Assembly: GCA_032128875.1 (NCBI GenBank)
Contig: JAVLKG010000010.1
Span: forward strand, 1 to 64,000
Source of the DNA: Candidatus Melainabacteria bacterium 17Bon1m
GTDB taxonomy: Bacteria; Cyanobacteriota; Vampirovibrionia; Obscuribacterales; Obscuribacteraceae
Direction: 5' to 3'
DNA length: 64,000 nt
Notes under the pieces: generated by a model
What the model was told of the DNA's origin: nothing
Database searches by the model: none
Seen by the model: the letters and a program-made list of their open reading frames with translations, nothing else
Position numbers and translations under genes: made by a program
Shown here: piece by piece, positions 28,106 through 37,037 of the stretch
How positions within the stretch are numbered: position 1 is the stretch's first letter
How the letters are laid out: every line of letters begins with the position of its first letter

Positions 28106-30259
28106 ATGCTCAAACAGTCCTCACTCTTAAAGTTCTCACCGATACTCCTGGCAGTAGCCTTCACGGTTGCCCTGGGCACTCAAAGCGCACTCGCCACAAA
28201 ACTCACGGGAGCACCCCTTCCGTACGAGCGTGAGACCAAAGAATTCAATGACAGCAACGCTGTAGCCATTCCGCCGAGCGGCAGCAGATTCCAGCGCCGT
28301 CTGGACTACCGCGAAGAAGAAAAGCTCAAGAAGCAGCAAGAAGCGGAAGCGGCGAAGAAGGCTGAAGCAGATAAGCTCAAAGCTATTGAAGAGCAAAAGA
28401 AGGCTGCAGCTCAACAAGCAGAAAACGCCAAGCAATTCATCCAAACCGCAATCGACGCAAACAACAGCGCGGTTGCTTTTGGCAAACAAGGACGTTGGAA
28501 CGAAGCAATCGTGGCTCACGAAAAAGCCGTTCAATATGATCCTTCCAATAAGCAATTCAAAATCAATCTTTCCGCCGCCCGCACCGCCTACGGTCAACAG
28601 CGGCTTGCATCACATGATTATGCCGGCGCCGCCCATCTATTTAGACAAGCGCTCGCCGCTGCCAGCGACAACTCGATGGCAGCTAAGCACTTGAGCGAAG
28701 CGCTCAAGAAGCAAGGCATCGATCCTGGTTCGGTCGACCAAAGACTGGAACTGGCTGAAAAACTTATGGGCTCCGGCGACCTCGTCGGCGCTTCGATTGA
28801 AATTCAACAGTGCATGGCTCTCGAGCAGTCCGCCCGCGTATATCAAAAGATGGGCGACCTCTGTGTTCGCTACGGTCAAGTGACCAACGCAATGGCGTAC
28901 TACCGCCAAGCCATTGTTAAGGATGCAGATTATGGTCCGGCTCACAGACAGCTGGCATTCCTGCAAATGTCCAAGAACGACTTTACCGCGGCTGCTGCGT
29001 CTTTGCGCAAAGCCATCATCTGCGACAGCAAAGACGTAGCTGCCGGTCAGGCACTCGTCGAACTCTGGCGCAAACAAGTAGCGCAAAACCCGCTGCTTGC
29101 TGAAAATCATTTGGGTCTGGCTGGCGCCATGCAACTCACGGGTGACTTTGTTGGGGCAGAAGGCGAATATCGCCGCCTCGAAGCACTCGATCCACGTAAC
29201 CCGGGATTGGAATCGGGACGTGCAAGCCTGAAGAGGGCTTATCAGCATGCTATTGCAGAAAAGCACAGAATGGCGGCTGAAACATTGTTCAGCCAAGGGC
29301 TCCGTAGAGAAGCCCTTGGTGAGATCAATCAAGCAGTGATGATGGAAGACAAAAATCCCAAGTACATCTACTTGATGGCGGAATGCCTCGAAGGCATCGG
29401 CAACTATGCCGCCGCCCACGCAGCGTACTTGAAAGTAGTCATCATCGATCCGACCAAGGTCGAAGCTGCAGAACGCGCGAAAGAAATGCAAAAGAACATG
29501 GGCATGAGTGGTGCTCAAGTTGCGCAAATGAGCGGTCAAATCGCCAATCAAATAACTGCGCAGCCTGCACAACAACCGCCGATGCAGCAAGCTCCTCAAC
29601 AAATGAAACCGGCTCAACAGCAAATGCAACAACAGCAATTTGCAGCTCAGCCTCCGGGCAGCTTCCGCGTTGCACAACCTGAAGAGCAAGTACAACAACA
29701 AATGCAACCGCACGATCCTTCGAGAAAGAGCATGTACGAAGGTGGTTCGCAACGTCCTGCTTTCAATCCGCAAGCGATGAACTTCAGAACTCACGATGAG
29801 TCTCAGCAAGCTCAAGCTCAAATGGAACAAGAAATGCAACAGCAAGCTCGCCAACAGGCGATGCAGGCTCAACAAGCACAAGCTCAAGCGCAACAAGCTC
29901 AAGCACAACAACAACAACAAGCTCAAACCGCAGCCCAAGCCAATGGCGCTCCGGTCAGCACCAACGATGCACTGAGCCAAGTAAGCGTTCTTGAATCACA
30001 AAGGGACTACCAAGGTGCAGCCACTCTGCTCAGACAAATGTGCGATGCCGACGTACAAAATCCTGAGCTCCACCACAGACTGGCTACCAACCTTCTTAAT
30101 CTCGGACAAGTTGTCGAGGCAATCCCCGAGTTCCGCATCGCCAGCGCACTGAAGCCGGCAATGAAAGCCTACTCGGACGACCTGGCACGGGCAATGGCAA
30201 TTCACAAGCGTTCACTCATGAGTGACAAATCAGATTCTAGCGTTAGCGGGAGCAAGTAA
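28106..30259 (+). CDS. exported tetratricopeptide-repeat protein with Gln-rich linker
   Basis: Signal peptide MLKQ...ALGTQSALA; many TPR helices; Q/A/P-rich segment; TAA stop immediately abuts the ATG of the rpoB paralogue; start may be 28028. Confidence 0.9.
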   Translation: MLKQSSLLKFSPILLAVAFTVALGTQSALATKLTGAPLPYERETKEFNDSNAVAIPPSGSRFQRRLDYREEEKLKKQQEAEAAKKAEADKLKAIEEQKKAAAQQAENAKQFIQTAIDANNSAVAFGKQGRWNEAIVAHEKAVQYDPSNKQFKINLSAARTAYGQQRLASHDYAGAAHLFRQALAAASDNSMAAKHLSEALKKQGIDPGSVDQRLELAEKLMGSGDLVGASIEIQQCMALEQSARVYQKMGDLCVRYGQVTNAMAYYRQAIVKDADYGPAHRQLAFLQMSKNDFTAAAASLRKAIICDSKDVAAGQALVELWRKQVAQNPLLAENHLGLAGAMQLTGDFVGAEGEYRRLEALDPRNPGLESGRASLKRAYQHAIAEKHRMAAETLFSQGLRREALGEINQAVMMEDKNPKYIYLMAECLEGIGNYAAAHAAYLKVVIIDPTKVEAAERAKEMQKNMGMSGAQVAQMSGQIANQITAQPAQQPPMQQAPQQMKPAQQQMQQQQFAAQPPGSFRVAQPEEQVQQQMQPHDPSRKSMYEGGSQRPAFNPQAMNFRTHDESQQAQAQMEQEMQQQARQQAMQAQQAQAQAQQAQAQQQQQAQTAAQANGAPVSTNDALSQVSVLESQRDYQGAATLLRQMCDADVQNPELHHRLATNLLNLGQVVEAIPEFRIASALKPAMKAYSDDLARAMAIHKRSLMSDKSDSSVSGSK

Positions 30260-33200
30260 ATGACGTTTTACTTTCAAGCACCAGACTTAGCTGAGTTCCC
30301 GAGACGCTCGTACCGGCGCTTCACGGAAGAGATCATTGGCAATCTCTTCACTGAAATTTCGCCGATTTCCAGCGATTTCTCGCCACGCTTCGAATTATCT
30401 TTTATCGGACCAGATGGAAAGCCGCACTGGAGATTCGAAGACTACGCTGCAGACTCAGGCTATCCAACAACTCCAGAACAAGCCAGAAAAACAAACATGA
30501 CTCATGCAAAGCGCATGATGATGGAAGTTTGGTTGCGCGACATTCAAACCGGCGAAATCCGCAAGTCGACCGCATACATGGGCGATGTTCCGGTAATCAC
30601 AGACCGCGGAACCTTCGTAATCAACGGTTCTGAGCGTGTCGTTCTCGGTCAGCTCGTCAGAGCTCCCGGCATCTATTTTTCCAACCCGACCCACATCACA
30701 TACAAAGCTCTGATGTTGGCAGAACAGGGCGCACCAATCACCTTTGAATTGGAACTCGACCCCACCATCTCCAGCCGCGCATCCAAGGCTAAGTGCCGTG
30801 TCAAATTGCCCAAGCGTGCTTGGGTTTCCGCCCAGACCTTGCTTTTGGCAATGGGCGTCGACGAAGCCATTCTCGAAAAGAGACTTAAGCCGCTTCTCGA
30901 AGCAAGACGTATTGAATGGAAAAACATCACCAAGACTGAAGCATTGGCTGTCATCGGACGTTCGTGGAAACCGGACGGTGGCGGTGGCGCAGGCGGCGGT
31001 TTGGTCGCATTGCAAGAATTGACCGACAAGAGAAAGTATTCGCTCGGCAAACTGGGCAGAAGACGTTTCAACAAGAAGATGGGCTTGGATGAAGAATCCC
31101 ACCAAGTCACCGGCATGGACTTGCTCAACATCTTCGAATATCTCCTGAACTTGCCGAACGGCATGGGACAACTGGACAACCCAGACTCCTTGGAAAACCG
31201 CCACTTGCGCGGTGTCGGCGAAACCATGACCCGTGCAGTGCGTCCCGCTCTGGCACAAATGGTTCGCTCGCTCAAGACCAGACTGGAAATGAACGAAGAC
31301 GAAGAGATTGGTTCACCCAACGACATTCTCGACTGCCGTCCGTTCGCCAACGCAGTAATGAAGTACTTCTCGGGCAACCCGCTCGTTCAGTACCTCGACC
31401 AACAAAATCCTCTGTCCGAACTTTCGCACAGAAGAAGAATCACATCGTTCGGTCCTGGTGGTATCGACCCCAACGCTGCTCCTACAGAAATGCGTGACGT
31501 TCACCCGTCGCAAATCGGTCGTGTCTGCCTGGTTGAATCGCCTGAAGGTAAGAACTGCGGTATGGTCAGCTACATGGCGACCTACTGCCGCATCGACGAA
31601 GACGGCTTCATGACCGTGCCTTACCGCCGCGTCATCAACGGATTCTTGACCGATGAAGTTGTATACCTCGCTCCTGGCGACGACAAAATCTACACATTGG
31701 CACCGCCCGATGCGAAAGTAGCCAACGACCACTTGGTCGGACCGCTCGTACCGGCAAGACGCGGTGAGAAATTCTTCGAAGTCGCACCCGAAGAAATCGA
31801 CATGATCGGTATCACGCCACAAGGTTTCTTGTCTGTAGGTTCTGCTCTTATCCCATTCCTGGAGCACGACGATACGGGACGAGCCCTCATGGGTGGTGGC
31901 ATGATGCGCCAAACTTTGCCGCTCATCAAGCCTGAGCGTCCGCGCGTCGGAACAGGCATGGAGCGCATTGTCGGACGTTCGTCCGGTCACTCGTTGGCTG
32001 CAAAACGCGCCGGCACCGTGACCAGCGTCACCGGCAAAGAAATTGTCATCACGCAACCTTCTGGCGAAAAGCGCTACTACCCACTCATTCGTTACGACAG
32101 AACCAACCAAAACACTATCCTCGACCAACGCCCAGCAGTTAAGGTCGGACAGCAAATCGAAGCCGGTCAAATCATCGCTGACGGTCCTGGTATCGACCAA
32201 GGTGAATTGGCACTAGGACGCAATTTGCTCGTAGCCTTCATGCCGTGGCGCGGTTACAACTTTGAGGATGCGATTGTCGTCAGAGAAGGTCTGGTCAAAG
32301 ATCAAAAACTGACTCACATTGAAATTGAAAAACATTCGACCAACGTTTATCAAACTCTGCGCGGTCCTGAAATTCTCACGCCTGAAATGCCGAACGTTGC
32401 AGGCAAAGACCTCGAGCACTTGGACGAACGCGGCATCGCCAAAATCGGCAGCTACGTCAATCCTGGTGATGTTTTGGTCTCCAAATTGACCCCGAAAGAA
32501 GCTCGCGCTCTTTCTGCAGAAGAAGAACTCTTGCAAGCAGTATTCGGCAAAGTCGCCGAAGAAATGGCAGACAGCAGCCTGCGCGTACCGCACGGCTCCG
32601 GCGGTCGCGTCATCGACATCCGCATCTTCACTCCGGAAACAACGCCGGAATTGAAAGCAGGCGTCATCTGCGAAATCGAAGTTCTCATCGCCAGACTCTG
32701 CCCGGTTGAAGTGGGCGACAAGCTGGCAGGACGTCACGGAAACAAAGGCATCGTTTCAATCATTGTTCCGGATTGCGACATGCCCTACTTGCCGGACGGC
32801 ACCCCTGTAGACCTCTGCTTGAACGCACTCGGCGTACCTTCCCGTATGAACGTCGGTCAGGTATTCGACGCTCAGTTGGGTCTCTACTCGCAGATTTTGA
32901 ACCGCTATTACCGCATTCACCAATTCGACGAGTCACTCACCGAAGACGCATCCTTCCGCCTCATCAACGAAGCGCTCAAAGAAGCTCGCAAGATGCCCGG
33001 TTACGAATGGCTGCAAGCCAACGGCAAAGTGCAACTTTTCGACGGCAGAACCGGTGAGCCTTTCGATCGCCCGGTCTTGGTCGGTCGCCAGTACATGTTG
33101 AAGTTGAACCAACTCGTACTGCACAAAGTCAACGCTCGCTCCGGTCTCGGTGGACCGTACGCAGCAGTCACACAACAGCCGGTCGGCGGAAAAGCCAACC

Positions 33201-35107
33201 ACGGTGGACAAAGAATGGGCGAAATGGAAGTTTGGGCAATCCAAGCTTACGGCGCCGCCAATATCCTGCACGAGATGATGACCATCAAGGCAGACGATAT
33301 CCAGGGCAGACACCAAGCCTACGCCGATATGGTTCAAGGCAAGGAAATCACTGCCGGCGGACGCACCGCTGCATTCGACGGTCTGTGCTGCGAATTGCGC
33401 GGACTGGGCATGGAAGTCACTTTGGGCAAGATCGTCGACGATTTCGAACCCGTCGCAGACCGTTCTTGCAGCAAAGAACAAGCGCCCAAGACGCTCGAAG
33501 AAGAATATCAAGTCATGTCTGTGGACAAGGTGGAAGCGGCAGATGGCTCCAAGATCCTGGAAATTCCAGCAGGAGACTACGTGCCCCAAACCAAGCCACT
33601 GGCAGCACCAATCATCACGTCGCTCACCAACGGCAAAAACGGTTCCAAGCCGAAAATCGAAATCTCTCAAGAACCACTCATCGACGATATCGACGAGTCG
33701 GATTCGGAAGACGCCGAGGACGCTGGAGCAGCAGCCGACGGCTGGACCATCAGAATGCCAGTCAATCAACAGGCTCCGGCTTTCGATGCGACAAAGAGCT
33801 CCACTGCAATTCCGAGCATGCCCGGTTCGTTCGCCGCTGCGCCGTCAGAAGGTGTCACACCGCCTGCCGACGACAAGGTCAAGTCGATGTTGGATTCCTT
33901 TATAGAGGAACAAACCAAAGACGTCCTGGCCGGTCTCGACCTGGAAAACCTCGACCTGTCCAATCTGGACATGTTCGATTCGCTCGAAGCACAGGAAGCC
34001 CTCCTGGCGGCATTCGATGCCAAAGATCACAATGGCAACGACGAAGCAGAGCGTGGGGGCGCATTGCATGCGCCCAACCTGGGTGGCCATGTGTTGGGTC
34101 AACCAGTTCCACACAATCTGTTCGCCGATCAGCCTGCCCAGCCAATCAAAAATGAGCCTGTGCAACAACCATTGGATGGTTTTGGACCGCTCAGCATGCG
34201 CATCAATCAGCGCAATCCGAAGAATATCGAACAAGAAGCTCCGGCTTCGGAAAGCGAAGCTCGTGGGGGCGCGTTGCACGCGCCCGCGGAAAACGTTGAA
34301 CAAGTTTCAACCGAAGCGCCATCCGCTGTTCCAGTTGCTGAAGCTCCGGTAGCCGCTCCAATCGTTGAAGCTCCAGTAGCCGCTCCCGTCGTTGAAGCAC
34401 CAGTTGTCGAAGCCGCACCAGCGCCAGCTCCTGTAGCCGCAGCGCCAATATTCCTGCCCTTCCCGACTGCACAAGCACCGGCAACGCCAGCACCTGCGCC
34501 AGTTTCGGAACCAGTGGCAGAACAAGTATCCGAGACGGCTGTAGCACCAGTCACGGCTCCGGCACCCTCAATCGTGCCAGTAGTCAGAGCTTCGGCGCCT
34601 GTTCAACAGCCACAAGCTCCAGCAGTTCAACCTGAAGCTCCATTCGCTCCAGCAGCGCCTGTGATTCAAGCTGTAACGTCTGCTCCCGTGATTCAACCAA
34701 TCACGCCGGCACCTGCAGCACAGCCTGTAATCCAGCCGGTGACAGCAGCTCCACAGGCGAAAGCTCTGACAAACGAAAGCTTCGAGCCTTCGTTCGAGCC
34801 AACCACTGAGGACGAACCTGATTTCGGCTCTATCTTAAGTATGTCCATTCTGCAAACCGCCGACGCTACGGTAAGTCAAACACAGCCTGCAAGCCAGTCC
34901 GGATTGTCAGCTCTCGGCAACGAACTGACCCAGACCTCAGCACAGCCGCTAGTTGACTTCCCTTCGTTGACAGAACTGAAGTCGCTTGCCACCGAGCTCA
35001 TGAGCATGAACCTTGTGGACACTCGGGTGGGAGTAGGTGCCGGTAACGACGAAAAATTCGCAAATTCTTCGTCGAACCATGAGGAAACTACGAAAACAAG
35101 CGACTGA
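30260..35107 (+). CDS. rpoB: divergent paralogue of DNA-directed RNA polymerase beta subunit with ~560-aa acidic Pro/Ala-rich tail
   Basis: All beta conserved regions in order: GTFVINGSERV, DQQNPLSELSHRRR..GPGG, RDVHPS..GRVC..ESPEG, LIPFLEHDD, GYNFED, GDKLAGRHGNKG, GVPSRMNVGQ, DGRTGEPF, TQQPVGGK..GGQRMGEMEVWA; core ends near 33430; no rpoC or rplL nearby. Confidence 0.95.
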   Translation: MTFYFQAPDLAEFPRRSYRRFTEEIIGNLFTEISPISSDFSPRFELSFIGPDGKPHWRFEDYAADSGYPTTPEQARKTNMTHAKRMMMEVWLRDIQTGEIRKSTAYMGDVPVITDRGTFVINGSERVVLGQLVRAPGIYFSNPTHITYKALMLAEQGAPITFELELDPTISSRASKAKCRVKLPKRAWVSAQTLLLAMGVDEAILEKRLKPLLEARRIEWKNITKTEALAVIGRSWKPDGGGGAGGGLVALQELTDKRKYSLGKLGRRRFNKKMGLDEESHQVTGMDLLNIFEYLLNLPNGMGQLDNPDSLENRHLRGVGETMTRAVRPALAQMVRSLKTRLEMNEDEEIGSPNDILDCRPFANAVMKYFSGNPLVQYLDQQNPLSELSHRRRITSFGPGGIDPNAAPTEMRDVHPSQIGRVCLVESPEGKNCGMVSYMATYCRIDEDGFMTVPYRRVINGFLTDEVVYLAPGDDKIYTLAPPDAKVANDHLVGPLVPARRGEKFFEVAPEEIDMIGITPQGFLSVGSALIPFLEHDDTGRALMGGGMMRQTLPLIKPERPRVGTGMERIVGRSSGHSLAAKRAGTVTSVTGKEIVITQPSGEKRYYPLIRYDRTNQNTILDQRPAVKVGQQIEAGQIIADGPGIDQGELALGRNLLVAFMPWRGYNFEDAIVVREGLVKDQKLTHIEIEKHSTNVYQTLRGPEILTPEMPNVAGKDLEHLDERGIAKIGSYVNPGDVLVSKLTPKEARALSAEEELLQAVFGKVAEEMADSSLRVPHGSGGRVIDIRIFTPETTPELKAGVICEIEVLIARLCPVEVGDKLAGRHGNKGIVSIIVPDCDMPYLPDGTPVDLCLNALGVPSRMNVGQVFDAQLGLYSQILNRYYRIHQFDESLTEDASFRLINEALKEARKMPGYEWLQANGKVQLFDGRTGEPFDRPVLVGRQYMLKLNQLVLHKVNARSGLGGPYAAVTQQPVGGKANHGGQRMGEMEVWAIQAYGAANILHEMMTIKADDIQGRHQAYADMVQGKEITAGGRTAAFDGLCCELRGLGMEVTLGKIVDDFEPVADRSCSKEQAPKTLEEEYQVMSVDKVEAADGSKILEIPAGDYVPQTKPLAAPIITSLTNGKNGSKPKIEISQEPLIDDIDESDSEDAEDAGAAADGWTIRMPVNQQAPAFDATKSSTAIPSMPGSFAAAPSEGVTPPADDKVKSMLDSFIEEQTKDVLAGLDLENLDLSNLDMFDSLEAQEALLAAFDAKDHNGNDEAERGGALHAPNLGGHVLGQPVPHNLFADQPAQPIKNEPVQQPLDGFGPLSMRINQRNPKNIEQEAPASESEARGGALHAPAENVEQVSTEAPSAVPVAEAPVAAPIVEAPVAAPVVEAPVVEAAPAPAPVAAAPIFLPFPTAQAPATPAPAPVSEPVAEQVSETAVAPVTAPAPSIVPVVRASAPVQQPQAPAVQPEAPFAPAAPVIQAVTSAPVIQPITPAPAAQPVIQPVTAAPQAKALTNESFEPSFEPTTEDEPDFGSILSMSILQTADATVSQTQPASQSGLSALGNELTQTSAQPLVDFPSLTELKSLATELMSMNLVDTRVGVGAGNDEKFANSSSNHEETTKTSD
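34052..34075 (+). repeat. REP palindrome in-frame in the rpoB-paralogue tail (RGGALHAP)
   Basis: cgtgggggcgcattgcatgcgccc, identical (rc) to intergenic 44956-44979. Confidence 0.9.
34262..34285 (+). repeat. REP palindrome in-frame in the rpoB-paralogue tail (RGGALHAP)
   Basis: cgtgggggcgcgttgcacgcgccc, identical to intergenic copies at 25590, 37821 and 61881. Confidence 0.9.
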
Positions 35108-35184
35108 AGTGGGTAATCTCCCCATTGGATCCTCGTGAGTATTTCGTCATTATGTACTCACAAACCGATGGAGGAAGTCCCTAG

Positions 35185-36162
35185 ATGGCGACGCAAGAGA
35201 GCACCTTTAGAAATACGGCAAAAGCGATTCTCGTCGCATGCCTCGTTTCTGTCGGTATTTCCTTCGCTGTTCCTCAAAGTTCTTCCGCACAGTTTGCACA
35301 ACCGCTGCCTCCCTATCAGGCACCGCCGGAAGGCGCACCGCCTCCGATCGGCGACGGCAGCACCCCGCTCCAAGTTGAGCCGGGCGATGTGCAAGCACCA
35401 CCTTCGGTTCCATCTGGTGCAGCTGATTCGACTCCGGGACACAACTTCCCGGTAGGCAACGGCAGCAACAGAAGCGTTGTCCGCATCTATCGCCAGCGCG
35501 CTGGCGGTGCAACTGGACAAAATCGTGGCGAAGGCATGGTTCAAACGATCCGCCCTGATCAACTCTCGGCAGATCAAATCAGCCAAATTAATGGCATTCT
35601 CGGAATTAACATGCTGAACGGTCAAGATTCGCAAGATGTTCAAGCATCCAACGATCAAATTGAGCAAGTACAGAACGTTCTGTTCCCGTACCCACAAGCT
35701 CAAGACCAAGGCGGCAAGAAGTTCATCAACAGTGATGCTCCTGCACAAGGCTATCCAAAAGCCGGTCAAGAGAGCAGCTATGAATTCCAAGGTCCGCTTC
35801 CAACAGTAAGAACATTCTGCCGTTACCTGGTGATACTAGGTGTGGTGAGTGCCACCATCTGGATGGCTTTGTCAATGTACGCGATGGTCATGGGACACCC
35901 TTACGGCGGTGCACGTGTAGTCGGCTCGATAGCTGGATTCATGCTGCTCCTCATGGGCTACACCATCTGGAAGATTGTGCAGATGAACACCTTCAATGCG
36001 ATGAGTGACAGACCTGCAATCGTTCAGAACAGACCGAATGATGCGCAATCAAATCAAATGAATGCGCCGGATTTACCGCCCAACAATCCTGGGGCGGGTG
36101 GCGGAAGACCAAACAGGTCAGGCGTGCCGGTTATGCCTCTGTACAACGCGCAAAACCCATAA
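35185..36162 (+). CDS. exported/membrane protein with C-terminal two-TM hairpin resembling TrbC/VirB2-type pilin
   Basis: Signal peptide, P/Q/G-rich region, then YLVILGVV..TIWMA...Y..VMG......VVGSIAGFMLLLMGYTIWKIV; GGAGGA RBS. The pilin resemblance is by eye. Confidence 0.7.
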   Translation: MATQESTFRNTAKAILVACLVSVGISFAVPQSSSAQFAQPLPPYQAPPEGAPPPIGDGSTPLQVEPGDVQAPPSVPSGAADSTPGHNFPVGNGSNRSVVRIYRQRAGGATGQNRGEGMVQTIRPDQLSADQISQINGILGINMLNGQDSQDVQASNDQIEQVQNVLFPYPQAQDQGGKKFINSDAPAQGYPKAGQESSYEFQGPLPTVRTFCRYLVILGVVSATIWMALSMYAMVMGHPYGGARVVGSIAGFMLLLMGYTIWKIVQMNTFNAMSDRPAIVQNRPNDAQSNQMNAPDLPPNNPGAGGGRPNRSGVPVMPLYNAQNP

Positions 36163-36256
36163 GGCTTGAAACAAGCGAATCGGTAAGCGACAGAGCAAGT
36201 TCTTAGACATCTAAAACATCGTCTAGTAGAAACACGTAGTTCGAAGGGACACAGCA

Positions 36257-36961
36257 ATGGCATTGGGTAATACAGCTAATTTGATTCTCGCGGCAGTTGC
36301 GGCCTCGACCCTCACTTTGTCTGTTGCCGCACCGCAAGCTCAAGCCGGTCGTCCTAGTCAATCAGACTACTTCGCGACTGGTGGACATAGTGTTCCACCT
36401 GCAAAACCAGCACCGGCTCAAGACAACAGCAAGTATCCGAAAAACACCGATCCGCTCGCAGGACGCCAAGGCGCCGGAGCACTGTACTCGGACAAGTCTC
36501 CTCAATTAGATTGGTTCGAAATCTTCGATGAGTACGTTTGGACACTGCTACCAAATGAAGAAGACAAATCAGTTCTTTCCCGACCAATCAACAACGAACT
36601 GGAAAGAGTGCAGGACTACATCAAAGTTTGCTCAAAGATTTCCAAGAACTATAGAACTCTAGCAATCAACGTTCGAAAACTTCCAGTACCGCCAAACAGC
36701 CCAGGGCTCAATAAATATCAAACTCTGAAAGCTGACTTCTATGTAGATATGGCGACGGTATACGAAGACTTGATTCGACCAAGAAAAACTAGAACACAAG
36801 AAGAATTACAAGCGCAGCTTCAAGACATCAAAGAAAGAGCAGAGCAACTAAAGGTAAACAGTAACAACCTGCTCACCATGGACATGGACCTTAGACGAAC
36901 CTTCCGAGTACACCAGCCGAAACGCACAGATGCCTTGAGGCGATACGTAGAAAACAAGTAA
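36257..36961 (+). CDS. secreted helical hypothetical protein
   Basis: Signal peptide ending QAQA; helical/coiled-coil body; GAAGGGA RBS. Confidence 0.8.
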   Translation: MALGNTANLILAAVAASTLTLSVAAPQAQAGRPSQSDYFATGGHSVPPAKPAPAQDNSKYPKNTDPLAGRQGAGALYSDKSPQLDWFEIFDEYVWTLLPNEEDKSVLSRPINNELERVQDYIKVCSKISKNYRTLAINVRKLPVPPNSPGLNKYQTLKADFYVDMATVYEDLIRPRKTRTQEELQAQLQDIKERAEQLKVNSNNLLTMDMDLRRTFRVHQPKRTDALRRYVENK

Positions 36962-37037
36962 CGGTAACAACAGCTCCTAATTCGCACCCCCGCGAATCTC
37001 TCTTTCACCCAATCACACCCGCAGAGGACGCACCCAA

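Noticed and set aside
28637-29980. 447-aa antisense ORF (and similar shadows over the rpoB paralogue and tubulin-like gene)
   Set aside because: Antisense shadow of strongly codon-biased genes with no protein-like motifs.
30260-35107. Interpretation as the housekeeping rpoB, a pseudogene or a phage RNAP
   Set aside because: No rpoC or rplL context and too many changes in near-invariant motifs for a housekeeping copy; the frame is intact; no phage genes are nearby and the scaffold is bacterial. This needs whole-genome confirmation.
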